Of a DNA stretch of 64,000 bases, positions 20,038-28,976 are shown piece after piece. The DNA comes from a phage. The stretch lies in sequence record PZ242158.1; one strand, written 5' to 3'. The notes beneath the pieces are model-generated. The model made no database searches. It worked only from the letters and a program-made list of their open reading frames with translations, and had not been told where the DNA came from. Position numbers and translations under genes: made by a program. Within the stretch, counting starts at the first letter, position 1; each line of letters opens with the position of its first letter.

Positions 20038-21081
20038 TTATTTAACGTGTTTGAAAATACCTGCCAACTCGGTCATTGTCATGCGGGTGGTCTTCATAAG
20101 ATCTGTCATAGCTTTCTCCATAATTGGAGATACTACCATAAAGTTACCTTTGGTGAAACCTTTATTCCAGTCGGTCACTAACAGGGGCTTAAGTCCAGCT
20201 CCGAGACGTTCACCAGTTAAAGCACAGCATTTGCGAACATACGAACTCTTAAATTGGCTGAACGACAGATCAACTTTCATACCTGCATCGTAGAACGTTT
20301 GACAATAGAAAGTGTAAGCCTTAGCAACCTCAACATCATCAGGCAGTGCAGGAACCTCTTCTGCAATCTCCTCTTCGACCTCCTGAGGCTCTTTTTCCTC
20401 TTCAGAGTTCTGTTCTCCAATTTCTTCTGTCACAGTTTCGTTTACGATGTCTGAAATGTGTTTGTTGGCTGCACGATCAGCCATGAAATTTTTAAAGTCC
20501 TGCATTGGTGACATATCTTCTTCCTCTTCGTCAAAAAGTGCTAGTTTATCTTCTTCTGTCCCGTATTGCAAGATGAAATCTTCAAAAGTATAATCACCTT
20601 TCAATTTCTCCATACGCTCTTCGCTCAGGTGAAGCATCATCTGCTGGACAATTTTTCGATCAGTTTTGTCTTTTATCAATATTGCAGTCTTTTTATCTAC
20701 CAGACAGTCTTTCAGAGCGTTGCACCTCAACCCTACCACACAACAATTGTCAATTGCGTAAGGACCTTCATCATCTATCCGCTCCAGAGATGGGTAGAAA
20801 GGATTCCCCAGCCCGTTTTCATCTGTGTGCATGTCGAAAGGTATAAGAGTATAGTCGCATACCCCCTCTCCTAAAAGTTTTTTACCAAATAGGAGGTATT
20901 CTTCCCATGACAGGTTGAACTCTATATCTCGTTTCCGTGCATTATTTTGTTTGCGTCTGTATTTTTTGAGCAGGCGCTCTAACTCTTCTGGTGTATAATA
21001 TTTTTCAAGATTCATGAGTTGTCTCTCGTGCTCTATAGGTGAAGAAATCTTATCAAGTGCCTCGACAGATGTCAACCTCAA
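20038..21081 (-). CDS. free-standing HNH-family endonuclease with acidic C-terminal extension
   Basis: SLERIDDEGPYAIDNCCVVGLRCNALK (xRID...N...N..K HNH pattern); start uncertain (alternative ATG at 21015). Confidence 0.5.
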   Translation of the reverse strand: MRLTSVEALDKISSPIEHERQLMNLEKYYTPEELERLLKKYRRKQNNARKRDIEFNLSWEEYLLFGKKLLGEGVCDYTLIPFDMHTDENGLGNPFYPSLERIDDEGPYAIDNCCVVGLRCNALKDCLVDKKTAILIKDKTDRKIVQQMMLHLSEERMEKLKGDYTFEDFILQYGTEEDKLALFDEEEEDMSPMQDFKNFMADRAANKHISDIVNETVTEEIGEQNSEEEKEPQEVEEEIAEEVPALPDDVEVAKAYTFYCQTFYDAGMKVDLSFSQFKSSYVRKCCALTGERLGAGLKPLLVTDWNKGFTKGNFMVVSPIMEKAMTDLMKTTRMTMTELAGIFKHVK

Positions 21082-21088
21082 AAACGTG

Positions 21089-21117
21089 TTGACTTTACTA
21101 TAAATCTACGATATAGT
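21089..21117 (+). promoter_or_regulatory. sigma70-like promoter for the + strand early/replication operon
   Basis: TTGACT, 17-nt spacer, TATAGT; in the divergent intergenic region. Confidence 0.5.
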
Positions 21118-21157
21118 GCACCCATTCGAAAGAAAACGAACACAGGAGCACTTAATC

Positions 21158-22057
21158 ATGGCAAATCTTAACAGCTTTAGCACTCGGTGGAAACAAGATA
21201 TCACAACCAATCTCTCAGCAGGTGATATCCTTTCTGCAATTTACGAGGCTTTGGATGATAAAGCTACTTCAAAATCGGTTTGTACCAACCCGCTAATTCC
21301 TATAGTAATGAAGGTTATTGAGCGTAGGCTGGTATCCGGATCTGATAAGTGGACATATCTGGATAATGGAGGCCACACTTACTCCAACGGCTATGTCGAT
21401 ATAAAAGTAGAATATGCGGTATCATATCGCCGGAGCGGCTCTGTAACTTTCAACTTTTCTGGAGGTTTCCGATCTCTGGCAACTTCACCTTTTGTTTCCT
21501 CAGAGGAGAGGTTTGAACTTCCGTTCCTTTGGATGATGGCTAACGCGACAGGCAAAACCCCTGTAAGCATTCGCGTAAAATACAACTACAACGGATCTAG
21601 TAAGATCTATGCCGAGAGTGTCTCAGCAAGTTTTTATTTTGTGATGGGGGATGGAATCCTCAAACATATAAAGATGTGTGATATGCATGATGTTATAAAT
21701 GAAGTGACTGATAAGAATGTTCTGGTGAAGGATCTCAACAATTTTTATACACCGGGAGACTATTACGTCAACCGTCCACTGTGCATCTTTAATGCTGCAC
21801 ACCCTTTAGGTGAGTATTTGATTGCCAATAGTGATATTGCCAATAACCGCTTCGAGGTAGCAAGAGTACAGAATGAGGTATTGACATCTTGCAAGAGCGG
21901 TGATAAGTTCACCGAAGAAGAGATGGGCGTTTTAGAAATGATGGGATATAAGTGTAGCCTTTGGGTAGATGAGGTGTTTAATGACGGCATCTATGGACAG
22001 GATATTTACCCGTTAAAGAAGTATACTGATTCCAGTTTAATTTACGCGGAGATTTGA
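21158..22057 (+). CDS. hypothetical protein
   Basis: Start moved to ATG 21158 (MANLNSF, SD ACAGGAG) because the tracked start at 21116 overlaps the promoter -10. Confidence 0.45.
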   Translation: MANLNSFSTRWKQDITTNLSAGDILSAIYEALDDKATSKSVCTNPLIPIVMKVIERRLVSGSDKWTYLDNGGHTYSNGYVDIKVEYAVSYRRSGSVTFNFSGGFRSLATSPFVSSEERFELPFLWMMANATGKTPVSIRVKYNYNGSSKIYAESVSASFYFVMGDGILKHIKMCDMHDVINEVTDKNVLVKDLNNFYTPGDYYVNRPLCIFNAAHPLGEYLIANSDIANNRFEVARVQNEVLTSCKSGDKFTEEEMGVLEMMGYKCSLWVDEVFNDGIYGQDIYPLKKYTDSSLIYAEI

Positions 22058-22332
22058 CTATGATGAAGGCATGTGGTAGTGTATACTATGTGGGTGAAAA
22101 TGTTCAGGCAGACAATGTGTGGAAATCCATTAAGTCCACCACCGATGATGCCTTCTTGAGCGGGTTATGTTTCCCCAATCCAGGGGACATCCTCCCTCAC
22201 CCTGGAGATTTTGTTGTTAACAAGATGGACGGTTATACCGTGTGCCTGATGGTTGAAAAAATCTTTTTAGACACTAGACACAATCACCGTCTTGTGTTAA
22301 AATTTCAAGAATGTAAAATGACAATTGCCTAA
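22054..22332 (+). CDS. hypothetical protein
   Basis: 92-aa ORF with 4-nt overlap to upstream gene. Confidence 0.35.
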   Translation: MTMMKACGSVYYVGENVQADNVWKSIKSTTDDAFLSGLCFPNPGDILPHPGDFVVNKMDGYTVCLMVEKIFLDTRHNHRLVLKFQECKMTIA

Positions 22333-22345
22333 GGAGGCCTTACCG

Positions 22346-22702
22346 ATGTCTAAAGCTACTTATCGTGCAGCTATTTACTGCAATGAACACCCCATCAATA
22401 ATGATGGTCACTGCCTTTTTAAAGAAAATCAGTTGGGCTGTATTGTCCTACCTGATGAAGGGAAAGGTTATCTGATTGCATTGACAGGGTTCGAGCCTGA
22501 AGCTTTGGAAGCCAATCTGGACTATCTGGTAGAAGAGGGTGCTGCAGACCTGGTTTCCAATGGCCTCGCCATAAGCCTTGACGAGGTGGAGCGCTTCATG
22601 GGCAATTACCGTGTAGTGCGTGAGTTTACTATCGAGGTGGAAACTCCAGAGTGGGGTAGCACTGAAACTAACGCCGAAGAAAAAGAAGAGGAGGCAGAAT
22701 AA
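22346..22702 (+). CDS. hypothetical acidic protein
   Basis: Start at ATG 22346 after AAGGAGG; acidic C-terminus EEKEEEAE. Confidence 0.4.
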   Translation: MSKATYRAAIYCNEHPINNDGHCLFKENQLGCIVLPDEGKGYLIALTGFEPEALEANLDYLVEEGAADLVSNGLAISLDEVERFMGNYRVVREFTIEVETPEWGSTETNAEEKEEEAE

Positions 22703-22959
22703 TGAAAGTGCAGATCTTGACTAATGCCGAGAAGATGTTTATTGAAGATACACCTTTTGAAGCTGGTGAGCTACAGTTCGTTTATTTTGTTGACTTAGAT
22801 AAGGTGTTCCCTGCACTGAATCTGGGTCTGGATGAAGTTCCTCATAAAGTTTTGTGCCAAGTTGTTCGTGCCTTAGCGGCAGATGGGGATTTCCACACCC
22901 TTGAAGATATCCAGACCTACGGGTATCTTGAACTGCAACGAGAAGAAGAGGTGGACTGA
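22702..22959 (+). CDS. hypothetical protein
   Basis: 85-aa ORF, TAATG overlap. Confidence 0.4.
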   Translation: MKVQILTNAEKMFIEDTPFEAGELQFVYFVDLDKVFPALNLGLDEVPHKVLCQVVRALAADGDFHTLEDIQTYGYLELQREEEVD

Positions 22960-22961
22960 TA

Positions 22962-23342
22962 ATGGCCCGGTGGAAGACAACAGTTGACCTTCATGATCAG
23001 TGGTTAGGACGCATCGCTGAAGACGGGAAACTAGTAGAGTGGGACAATAAGCATGTTAGCGAGTTGGCAAGCATTGTGGCTGGCAAGTTACGCTCCAAGT
23101 TCCCTGAACAACTGGATCCTGATAGTTCAAAGTTCGATCCTGAGTTGGAGGATGTTGTATACTACTTCGATACCGTGGATGACTACGATGCGTGGTTTGC
23201 AGCACGGGAGCTTTACCCACAAGGCTCTGCTATGCGCCAGATGGAAGAAGATTATCCTCCGTGTGAGCAATTCAATAGTGCAATGACTTGCCTCTATGAT
23301 TGGGCAGATAAGAACCTTGTCTGGATTCGGACTGCATTTTAG
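22962..23342 (+). CDS. hypothetical protein
   Basis: 126-aa ORF. Confidence 0.4.
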   Translation: MARWKTTVDLHDQWLGRIAEDGKLVEWDNKHVSELASIVAGKLRSKFPEQLDPDSSKFDPELEDVVYYFDTVDDYDAWFAARELYPQGSAMRQMEEDYPPCEQFNSAMTCLYDWADKNLVWIRTAF

Positions 23343-23386
23343 TGGGCAGTAATGGCGGCAAGGATGCTGCTTAAGGAGTAGTAGAG

Positions 23387-23656
23387 ATGTTATACCAGCA
23401 ATATGAACTTCGTGCAGAAAAAGAGTTAAATTTTGACAAAGATATTCACAGATATTATTATGGGAAAGTTAGAGGGCAAGCAAGAAAGTGTACTCCAACA
23501 CTCTTTTATGCCAGCAGACGACTAGCGCCAGAAGAGGCAACAGCAGAAAGGGTTGCGTTCAACTGGAAAGTCACGTATAATATTGACAGATCCGATGTGA
23601 TATCTGTTTTGGAAAACTTTGAAAACACTTACACACAAGTAGAGGACTTTTACTAA
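23387..23656 (+). CDS. hypothetical protein
   Basis: 89-aa ORF, SD AAGGAG. Confidence 0.4.
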   Translation: MLYQQYELRAEKELNFDKDIHRYYYGKVRGQARKCTPTLFYASRRLAPEEATAERVAFNWKVTYNIDRSDVISVLENFENTYTQVEDFY

Positions 23657-24840
23657 TGTCAAGAAACGTATTCGAAAGTGGTCAAATCACTGTCCGTGAG
23701 TTGCCAGCTATTATTCAGTTTGCCCAACGTCATAGCCGATCTGTCCTAATTTTGGGACCAATGGGTGTGGGTAAAAGCCAGGTGATGAAGCAGATCGCTG
23801 ATAATATGTTCGGTGAGCGAGATGACAACCTTGTTGACGTGCGACTGTCAGATAAAGATCCTGCCGACTTATCTGGGCTACCTATCCCTGTAGAAGCGGA
23901 TGGAACTACACGTACAGTGTTTGCAATTCCAGAATTTTGGCCTGCGGATCCTGACTGGAGCGGAATTATCTTTCTGGATGAGCTCACTCATGCAGATAAC
24001 TACCTGCAAAAGGTTGCAATGCAAATTATGCTTGACCACAAGTGCGGCACCTATGCATTCCCTAAGGGTTCTGTTTTTGTGGCTGCGGGTAACCGTTCTA
24101 CAGATGGTGCGGTTCTTTCGGCGCTCGAAGCCCCTCTGGCTAACCGTTTTATCATTGTAGAGGTTACAAGCAATGCAGAGGTGTTTATTGAGGACTACGC
24201 ATTCCTCAACGGGGTTCACTCCTCTGTAATTGGGTATCTGAAAAGAGTTCCATCAGCTATTGATAATTATGAGGCTATGGCTGAGATTAATTGTCCATCT
24301 TTTGCCACACCACGATCTTGGGTTGCTGCATCTGACATCTTGCACGATTTTGACAGCGGTATTATTTCTGACGCTATGGCCCGTGTTCTTCTACAAGGTG
24401 CTATTGGTCACACTGCAGCGGTAGAGATCTGGACTTACCACACCAAGAAACGTAATTTACCGGAAATCGGTCGGATTATGGCAGGTGGCTGCAAAGAATA
24501 CGTAGGTCCTAAGCAGCCAGACATTTTGTGGATTCTTGGATCTGAAGGTTGTATCGCTATTCGCAATATGATGGAAAATGCAAGTATCTCAGACGAAGAT
24601 CTTGTCAGCTGCGTGGCAAACTTCCTCGATTTCCTTTGGGAAAACTTCAAGGACGAGAACCGAGATTTTGTATTCTCAGTCTTTATGGCGATGATGAAAC
24701 CTAATGCCTTAGGAAATGCCTTGCTTATCGGTAAAGGGCGTGACAAGATTGTTGCTCAGCTGATCAAAGCATACCCAAACCTGATGAAGATTGTAAAAGA
24801 GTTTGGTGAAGAGTTTAGCGCCATTTTGGCTAAAGCTTAA
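23656..24840 (+). CDS. AAA+ ATPase, MoxR/AAA_5 type (CobS-like)
   Basis: Walker A LILGPMGVGKSQ, Walker B IIFLDELTHA; about 390 aa as expected for MoxR-type ATPases. Confidence 0.6.
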   Translation: MSRNVFESGQITVRELPAIIQFAQRHSRSVLILGPMGVGKSQVMKQIADNMFGERDDNLVDVRLSDKDPADLSGLPIPVEADGTTRTVFAIPEFWPADPDWSGIIFLDELTHADNYLQKVAMQIMLDHKCGTYAFPKGSVFVAAGNRSTDGAVLSALEAPLANRFIIVEVTSNAEVFIEDYAFLNGVHSSVIGYLKRVPSAIDNYEAMAEINCPSFATPRSWVAASDILHDFDSGIISDAMARVLLQGAIGHTAAVEIWTYHTKKRNLPEIGRIMAGGCKEYVGPKQPDILWILGSEGCIAIRNMMENASISDEDLVSCVANFLDFLWENFKDENRDFVFSVFMAMMKPNALGNALLIGKGRDKIVAQLIKAYPNLMKIVKEFGEEFSAILAKA

Positions 24841-24850
24841 GGGGGGTTGT

Positions 24851-25231
24851 ATGGCTAAAGTAGGTAAGCGGGGAAACTACCTGGTGGTATTGACCGAGGA
24901 GCCGGAGAAGGAGTACGAATGCAGCTCCACTTGCGTGATCGATATCCGAGAAAAAGATGTAGATGAAGTCTGGTTTAAAATATTGGACGCTTGCGATAGC
25001 AGTGATTATTTCTTCATTTATGTCAACGATAAGGCTGGATTCTTCCATGACGACGGAGAGTTGCCGTATGAAATCTATGAACTTGTAGAGGCTTGCCATC
25101 GTGGAGATGCGGAGTTGTTTGGCCTACGGCTGAAAAGCGGTAAATTCTTCTATCAAGATGAGTGCATAAATCTTCATAACTTTGTAGAGGGAACTTGCAA
25201 CGATGGAGAGATTTTGGCACACTACGATTAA
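24851..25231 (+). CDS. hypothetical protein
   Basis: Start chosen at ATG 24851 preceded by GGGGGG SD (track start 24803 overlaps upstream gene). Confidence 0.4.
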   Translation: MAKVGKRGNYLVVLTEEPEKEYECSSTCVIDIREKDVDEVWFKILDACDSSDYFFIYVNDKAGFFHDDGELPYEIYELVEACHRGDAELFGLRLKSGKFFYQDECINLHNFVEGTCNDGEILAHYD

Positions 25232-25244
25232 TTTCTAAGACCTC

Positions 25245-25271
25245 CCCCGCTTCGGCGGGGATTTTCTATTT
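25245..25271 (+). terminator. intrinsic terminator
   Basis: CCCCGC-ttcg-GCGGGG (6-bp stem) followed by ATTTTCTATTT. Confidence 0.6.
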
Positions 25272-25280
25272 GGAGTTATT

Positions 25281-25781
25281 GTGAAAATTAAGATCTTTGC
25301 TATTATTTTGAGCGCATTTTTATCGCTGCCTGTTGTTGCAGCACCAAAACAAAAAGTATATCATACTTGCAAGCCCTCAGATACTAAGGAAAACATTCTG
25401 GCATGCAATATCTACAGGGAGGCTAGAGGGGATGGCACGATGGGTATGCTGGCATCAGGGTTTGCCACACTAAACAGGAAATCTCACCCCAAATACCCAG
25501 ACACTATAAGAAAGATTGTCTACCAACCTAACCAGTTTTCGTGGACAAACCACGGCAAAATTTTTAAGGTGACAGAAAAAGATTCATGGGATCACGCTAA
25601 AAGTCTTGCAAAGATGCTTCTAAAGGTCTATAATAACAACCATGTTGCATACATGGCTATGGACATAACAGGTGGAGCAACACACTACCATACAACCAAA
25701 GTACGACCGAAATGGGCAAAAAAGATGCAGAGGACAGCTCAATTCGGGAGTCATATCTACTACAAGGAGCGCAATAAATGA
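25281..25781 (+). CDS. secreted cell-wall hydrolase, SleB/CwlJ (Hydrolase_2) type
   Basis: N-terminal signal-peptide-like MKIKIFAIILSAFLSLPVVAAP; Hydrolase_2-like motifs YREARGDG, ATLNR, QPNQFSW; GTG start with GGAG SD. Confidence 0.55.
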   Translation: MKIKIFAIILSAFLSLPVVAAPKQKVYHTCKPSDTKENILACNIYREARGDGTMGMLASGFATLNRKSHPKYPDTIRKIVYQPNQFSWTNHGKIFKVTEKDSWDHAKSLAKMLLKVYNNNHVAYMAMDITGGATHYHTTKVRPKWAKKMQRTAQFGSHIYYKERNK

Positions 25782-27760
25782 TTGTAAACAGTAATGAAAC
25801 TAAAGCAGTACTAACCGGAAATATGGAGGTCACCAGGGGCTCAATTTCTCTTAACAAAGAGACTTTTGGGCTAATCATTAAAGGGATTTACGAAGATAAG
25901 GTGCTGGCAAGCTGCCGTGAACCAATCTTCAATGCTGTGGACTCTCATGTTGAGTCTGGACGGGGTGATGTGCCGATCATTATTCACTCTCCTACAGACC
26001 TTGAACCATACTTCTTTGTGCAGGACGTTGGATTGGGCATGTCAGAAGAGATGGTCCGCAACACTTTCATGAACCTCGGTGAGTCAACCAAGCGCAACAG
26101 CAACGCTCTGGTTGGCAATAAAGGTGTTGGTTCAAAGGCTCCGTTCAGCATGGTGGACACTTTCGATGTTATCAGTGTGCACAATGGTATTGAAAGCACA
26201 TATCTATTATTCTTGGATCAGGGTATCCCAAACGTTACCAAGATCCGCGAGCGGAAGACTGAAGAGCACAACGGGGTAAAAGTTCAGTTCCATGTTAAGA
26301 AAGAGCATGTCCTGAAATATCGCACTGCTATTGCATCGTGCTTACGCTATGCGAAGTTTCCGTTCATCGTCACCGATCCAATGACCAGTAAGATGTTAGA
26401 AGGTGACAAGGTTGAGGCACAGTATCATTACGAGAAGGATGGCTGGAAAATGACCATCCTGAAAGGTTATACCAGTTCTGATGAGAGCCGTGTTGTGATG
26501 GGTCACCAACCTTACCGCTCCAAGTTCCTGGAGACATTGACCGATTACCCTGCAATCTGCGTAGAGATCCCTATCGGGGATTGCAATATTAACCCTGGGC
26601 GTGAATGGACCATAGAGGGCCATGACGACGGTGGATTCCAGGATCGCCTGGAGGCATTTGTCAAAGAAGGTATACGTCTTCGCGGGGCAGAAGTTGTTGC
26701 AGAACTGGAGACGGCAAAAACCTCCGCAGAAGCACGTGAAATGATGAAGAATAGTGGGGTGTTCGGACACATCTTCGGCAAAAACTTTATGTGGAACCGT
26801 TGGGAAGAAACAGGGCTTGGAGACTTAGGCGATTGTGAAATTTTCGCTGGCGGCTTAAATAAAGGCCGCATAGGCTATGCTCGTTATGGAAAGTCAGAGT
26901 TTTTGCGGGGAGTCTATTTAGTATTTAACGACGGAGACGGCAAATATAACCGAAATAAGTGTAACTACTTAAGCGAGATCACCGGACGCAACGTTTTCTA
27001 TTGCCGTAACACGGATCTGGTGGAAGAGATTAAAGAAGCGGCACACCACCCGTTCTTTGCAGATACGGTCAAATTGTTATCAGAGCTCCCTCGCCGACCT
27101 GTCAAGAAAGGTGAAACAAAAACTCGTTATGAGCCAGGTTATTGGGTTAAAAAACTTGAGAAGGATGGTTACTTTCGCCGTGAGCGTATTACTAAGGCAG
27201 AGTTCCGGAAGATTAAACACTGCATCCCTTATGAGGGTGATATCCAACGTGGAAGTTGTTGGCTGGGACAGCTGAGTAACATCTACCAGCAAAATTATGA
27301 CCGTGTGCGTGCGGCACTTCAGATTCCTGAAGGGGAAGATCTGTACCTGGTATCAGAATCTCGTCTGCTTTGGACTGATCCTGATTGCCAGTATGTTACA
27401 GAGAAGAGTGTGGAACATTTGTTGAAAGAGGATGCTTGGAAATTCTTACTGACTCGCGCAGCAAATGAAACTTCATATGACAGCCTGTATAGACAATTGG
27501 GGAAAATTATCCCCATGCAAGATTTTGGAAATTATCGGCCACATTTCCACAAGTGGGAAGGTAACACCGCGTGGAAGCATAGTGAGCTAAATCATCGTGC
27601 CAAAATCTTAATCGCCAACCGAGTCAAATGCGGGAAGGCCTATATTGCAAGATTGGAAAAGAAATATCCACTTTTGAAGCATGTAGGCTTGAAATATTGG
27701 GACACCCCTGCTATGATTGAATACCGTGAGCTGATTGATACAAAGAATAACACCAAATAA
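25778..27760 (+). CDS. GHKL (HATPase_c) ATPase-domain protein, rIIA-like
   Basis: VQDVGLGMSEEMV...LGESTKRNSNALVGNKGVGSKAPFSM matches GHKL ATP-lid/G-box pattern; 660 aa; followed by a second large gene as in rIIA-rIIB pairs. Confidence 0.5.
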   Translation: MIVNSNETKAVLTGNMEVTRGSISLNKETFGLIIKGIYEDKVLASCREPIFNAVDSHVESGRGDVPIIIHSPTDLEPYFFVQDVGLGMSEEMVRNTFMNLGESTKRNSNALVGNKGVGSKAPFSMVDTFDVISVHNGIESTYLLFLDQGIPNVTKIRERKTEEHNGVKVQFHVKKEHVLKYRTAIASCLRYAKFPFIVTDPMTSKMLEGDKVEAQYHYEKDGWKMTILKGYTSSDESRVVMGHQPYRSKFLETLTDYPAICVEIPIGDCNINPGREWTIEGHDDGGFQDRLEAFVKEGIRLRGAEVVAELETAKTSAEAREMMKNSGVFGHIFGKNFMWNRWEETGLGDLGDCEIFAGGLNKGRIGYARYGKSEFLRGVYLVFNDGDGKYNRNKCNYLSEITGRNVFYCRNTDLVEEIKEAAHHPFFADTVKLLSELPRRPVKKGETKTRYEPGYWVKKLEKDGYFRRERITKAEFRKIKHCIPYEGDIQRGSCWLGQLSNIYQQNYDRVRAALQIPEGEDLYLVSESRLLWTDPDCQYVTEKSVEHLLKEDAWKFLLTRAANETSYDSLYRQLGKIIPMQDFGNYRPHFHKWEGNTAWKHSELNHRAKILIANRVKCGKAYIARLEKKYPLLKHVGLKYWDTPAMIEYRELIDTKNNTK

Positions 27761-27770
27761 GGAGACAGTT

Positions 27771-28976
27771 ATGATTTTCATCTACGAACACTTCAAAACT
27801 CGTAAAGAAGCACGCGACCGCCGTGCAGAACTTGAGAAGAAGGGTTTCACATGTGCTATTGAGAAAGGCGACACAACCTGGACACTGGCAGTGGGTGCCC
27901 CAGAGTTGTTCGATCCTGACCGTGACAGCGTCTGCTACACCCGTGAGGATTTTGAAACCCGCGAAGAAGCCCGTTTATTTCGATACGGTCTGGAAGATAA
28001 CGGTAAGTACGCCATGATCTTAGATTTAGGCGAAGGTTCCGTTAAACGTTGGGGCGTGGTATACCCACTGTGTGTTGTTCACGGTGTGGGGTTCACTGGA
28101 GTAGCAATCAAGTCAGAAGAACCTTTAGTAGAAGTCAAAGATCCGGTGCTGGAAGTGGTGAGTAGTGTGTCTCAGCAACAGACTCGAAGCATCGAACCTT
28201 TGGTAGTTATTTGCGGGGAACTCCTCCAGATCACCTGCAACGAAGGCATTTTTGAAATTCGCCGCAGCGAAAGTGAGGAAGTTTACCAGAAAGTCTTCGA
28301 CCATATCTCTGTTCAGGAATATGATGAGGCAATTGGTGAAATCCTTGTCTGGCTGGAACGCAAGAATGAGTTCACCACACTTGCAGACAACCTGATCATG
28401 AAAGATGGTAAGCTCTACTACTACGGTGTAGAGATGCGATCCACCATTGCAAAGAAAATTGAGAAAGATTATGCAGACGGAACACTGGATGACCGCTATG
28501 TGAAATTCCTCGTTCGCCTGCTACGCAATCCTTCTGCAAAATCTGTAAACATGCTCTACGACTTTATGCAGGCCAACGATATCCAGATTGCAGAAGATGG
28601 TCGAATCATTTGCTACAAAGGGGTTCAGTTTAACGGCAGCAAGTGGGTGGATTGGCACAGTGGTAAAGTCCCACAATACCAAGGTGCTTTTGTATCCATG
28701 CCTCGTAACTTTGTAGAGGATGATCCTGAAGCTGCGTGCTCCTATGGCTTACACTGCGCCAGCAAAGAGTATGCAAAGAGCTACGGCACTGTAATGACTG
28801 TTATGGTTGACCCTGCAGATGTGGTTAGTGTGCCATACCAACACAATAGCGCTAAGTGCCGTGCATGCCGCTATGAGATTGTGGTAGCTCCGGAAGCACG
28901 CAAAGATGGAGACCCTATTGAATATGTAGTTGATCGTGACGGTAACACTATCGACATTCTTTACGAGGAGGCGTAA
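27771..28976 (+). CDS. hypothetical protein, possible rIIB-like partner
   Basis: 402-aa ORF immediately after the GHKL protein; assignment by gene order only; start at ATG 27771 after AGGAGA. Confidence 0.3.
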   Translation: MIFIYEHFKTRKEARDRRAELEKKGFTCAIEKGDTTWTLAVGAPELFDPDRDSVCYTREDFETREEARLFRYGLEDNGKYAMILDLGEGSVKRWGVVYPLCVVHGVGFTGVAIKSEEPLVEVKDPVLEVVSSVSQQQTRSIEPLVVICGELLQITCNEGIFEIRRSESEEVYQKVFDHISVQEYDEAIGEILVWLERKNEFTTLADNLIMKDGKLYYYGVEMRSTIAKKIEKDYADGTLDDRYVKFLVRLLRNPSAKSVNMLYDFMQANDIQIAEDGRIICYKGVQFNGSKWVDWHSGKVPQYQGAFVSMPRNFVEDDPEAACSYGLHCASKEYAKSYGTVMTVMVDPADVVSVPYQHNSAKCRACRYEIVVAPEARKDGDPIEYVVDRDGNTIDILYEEA

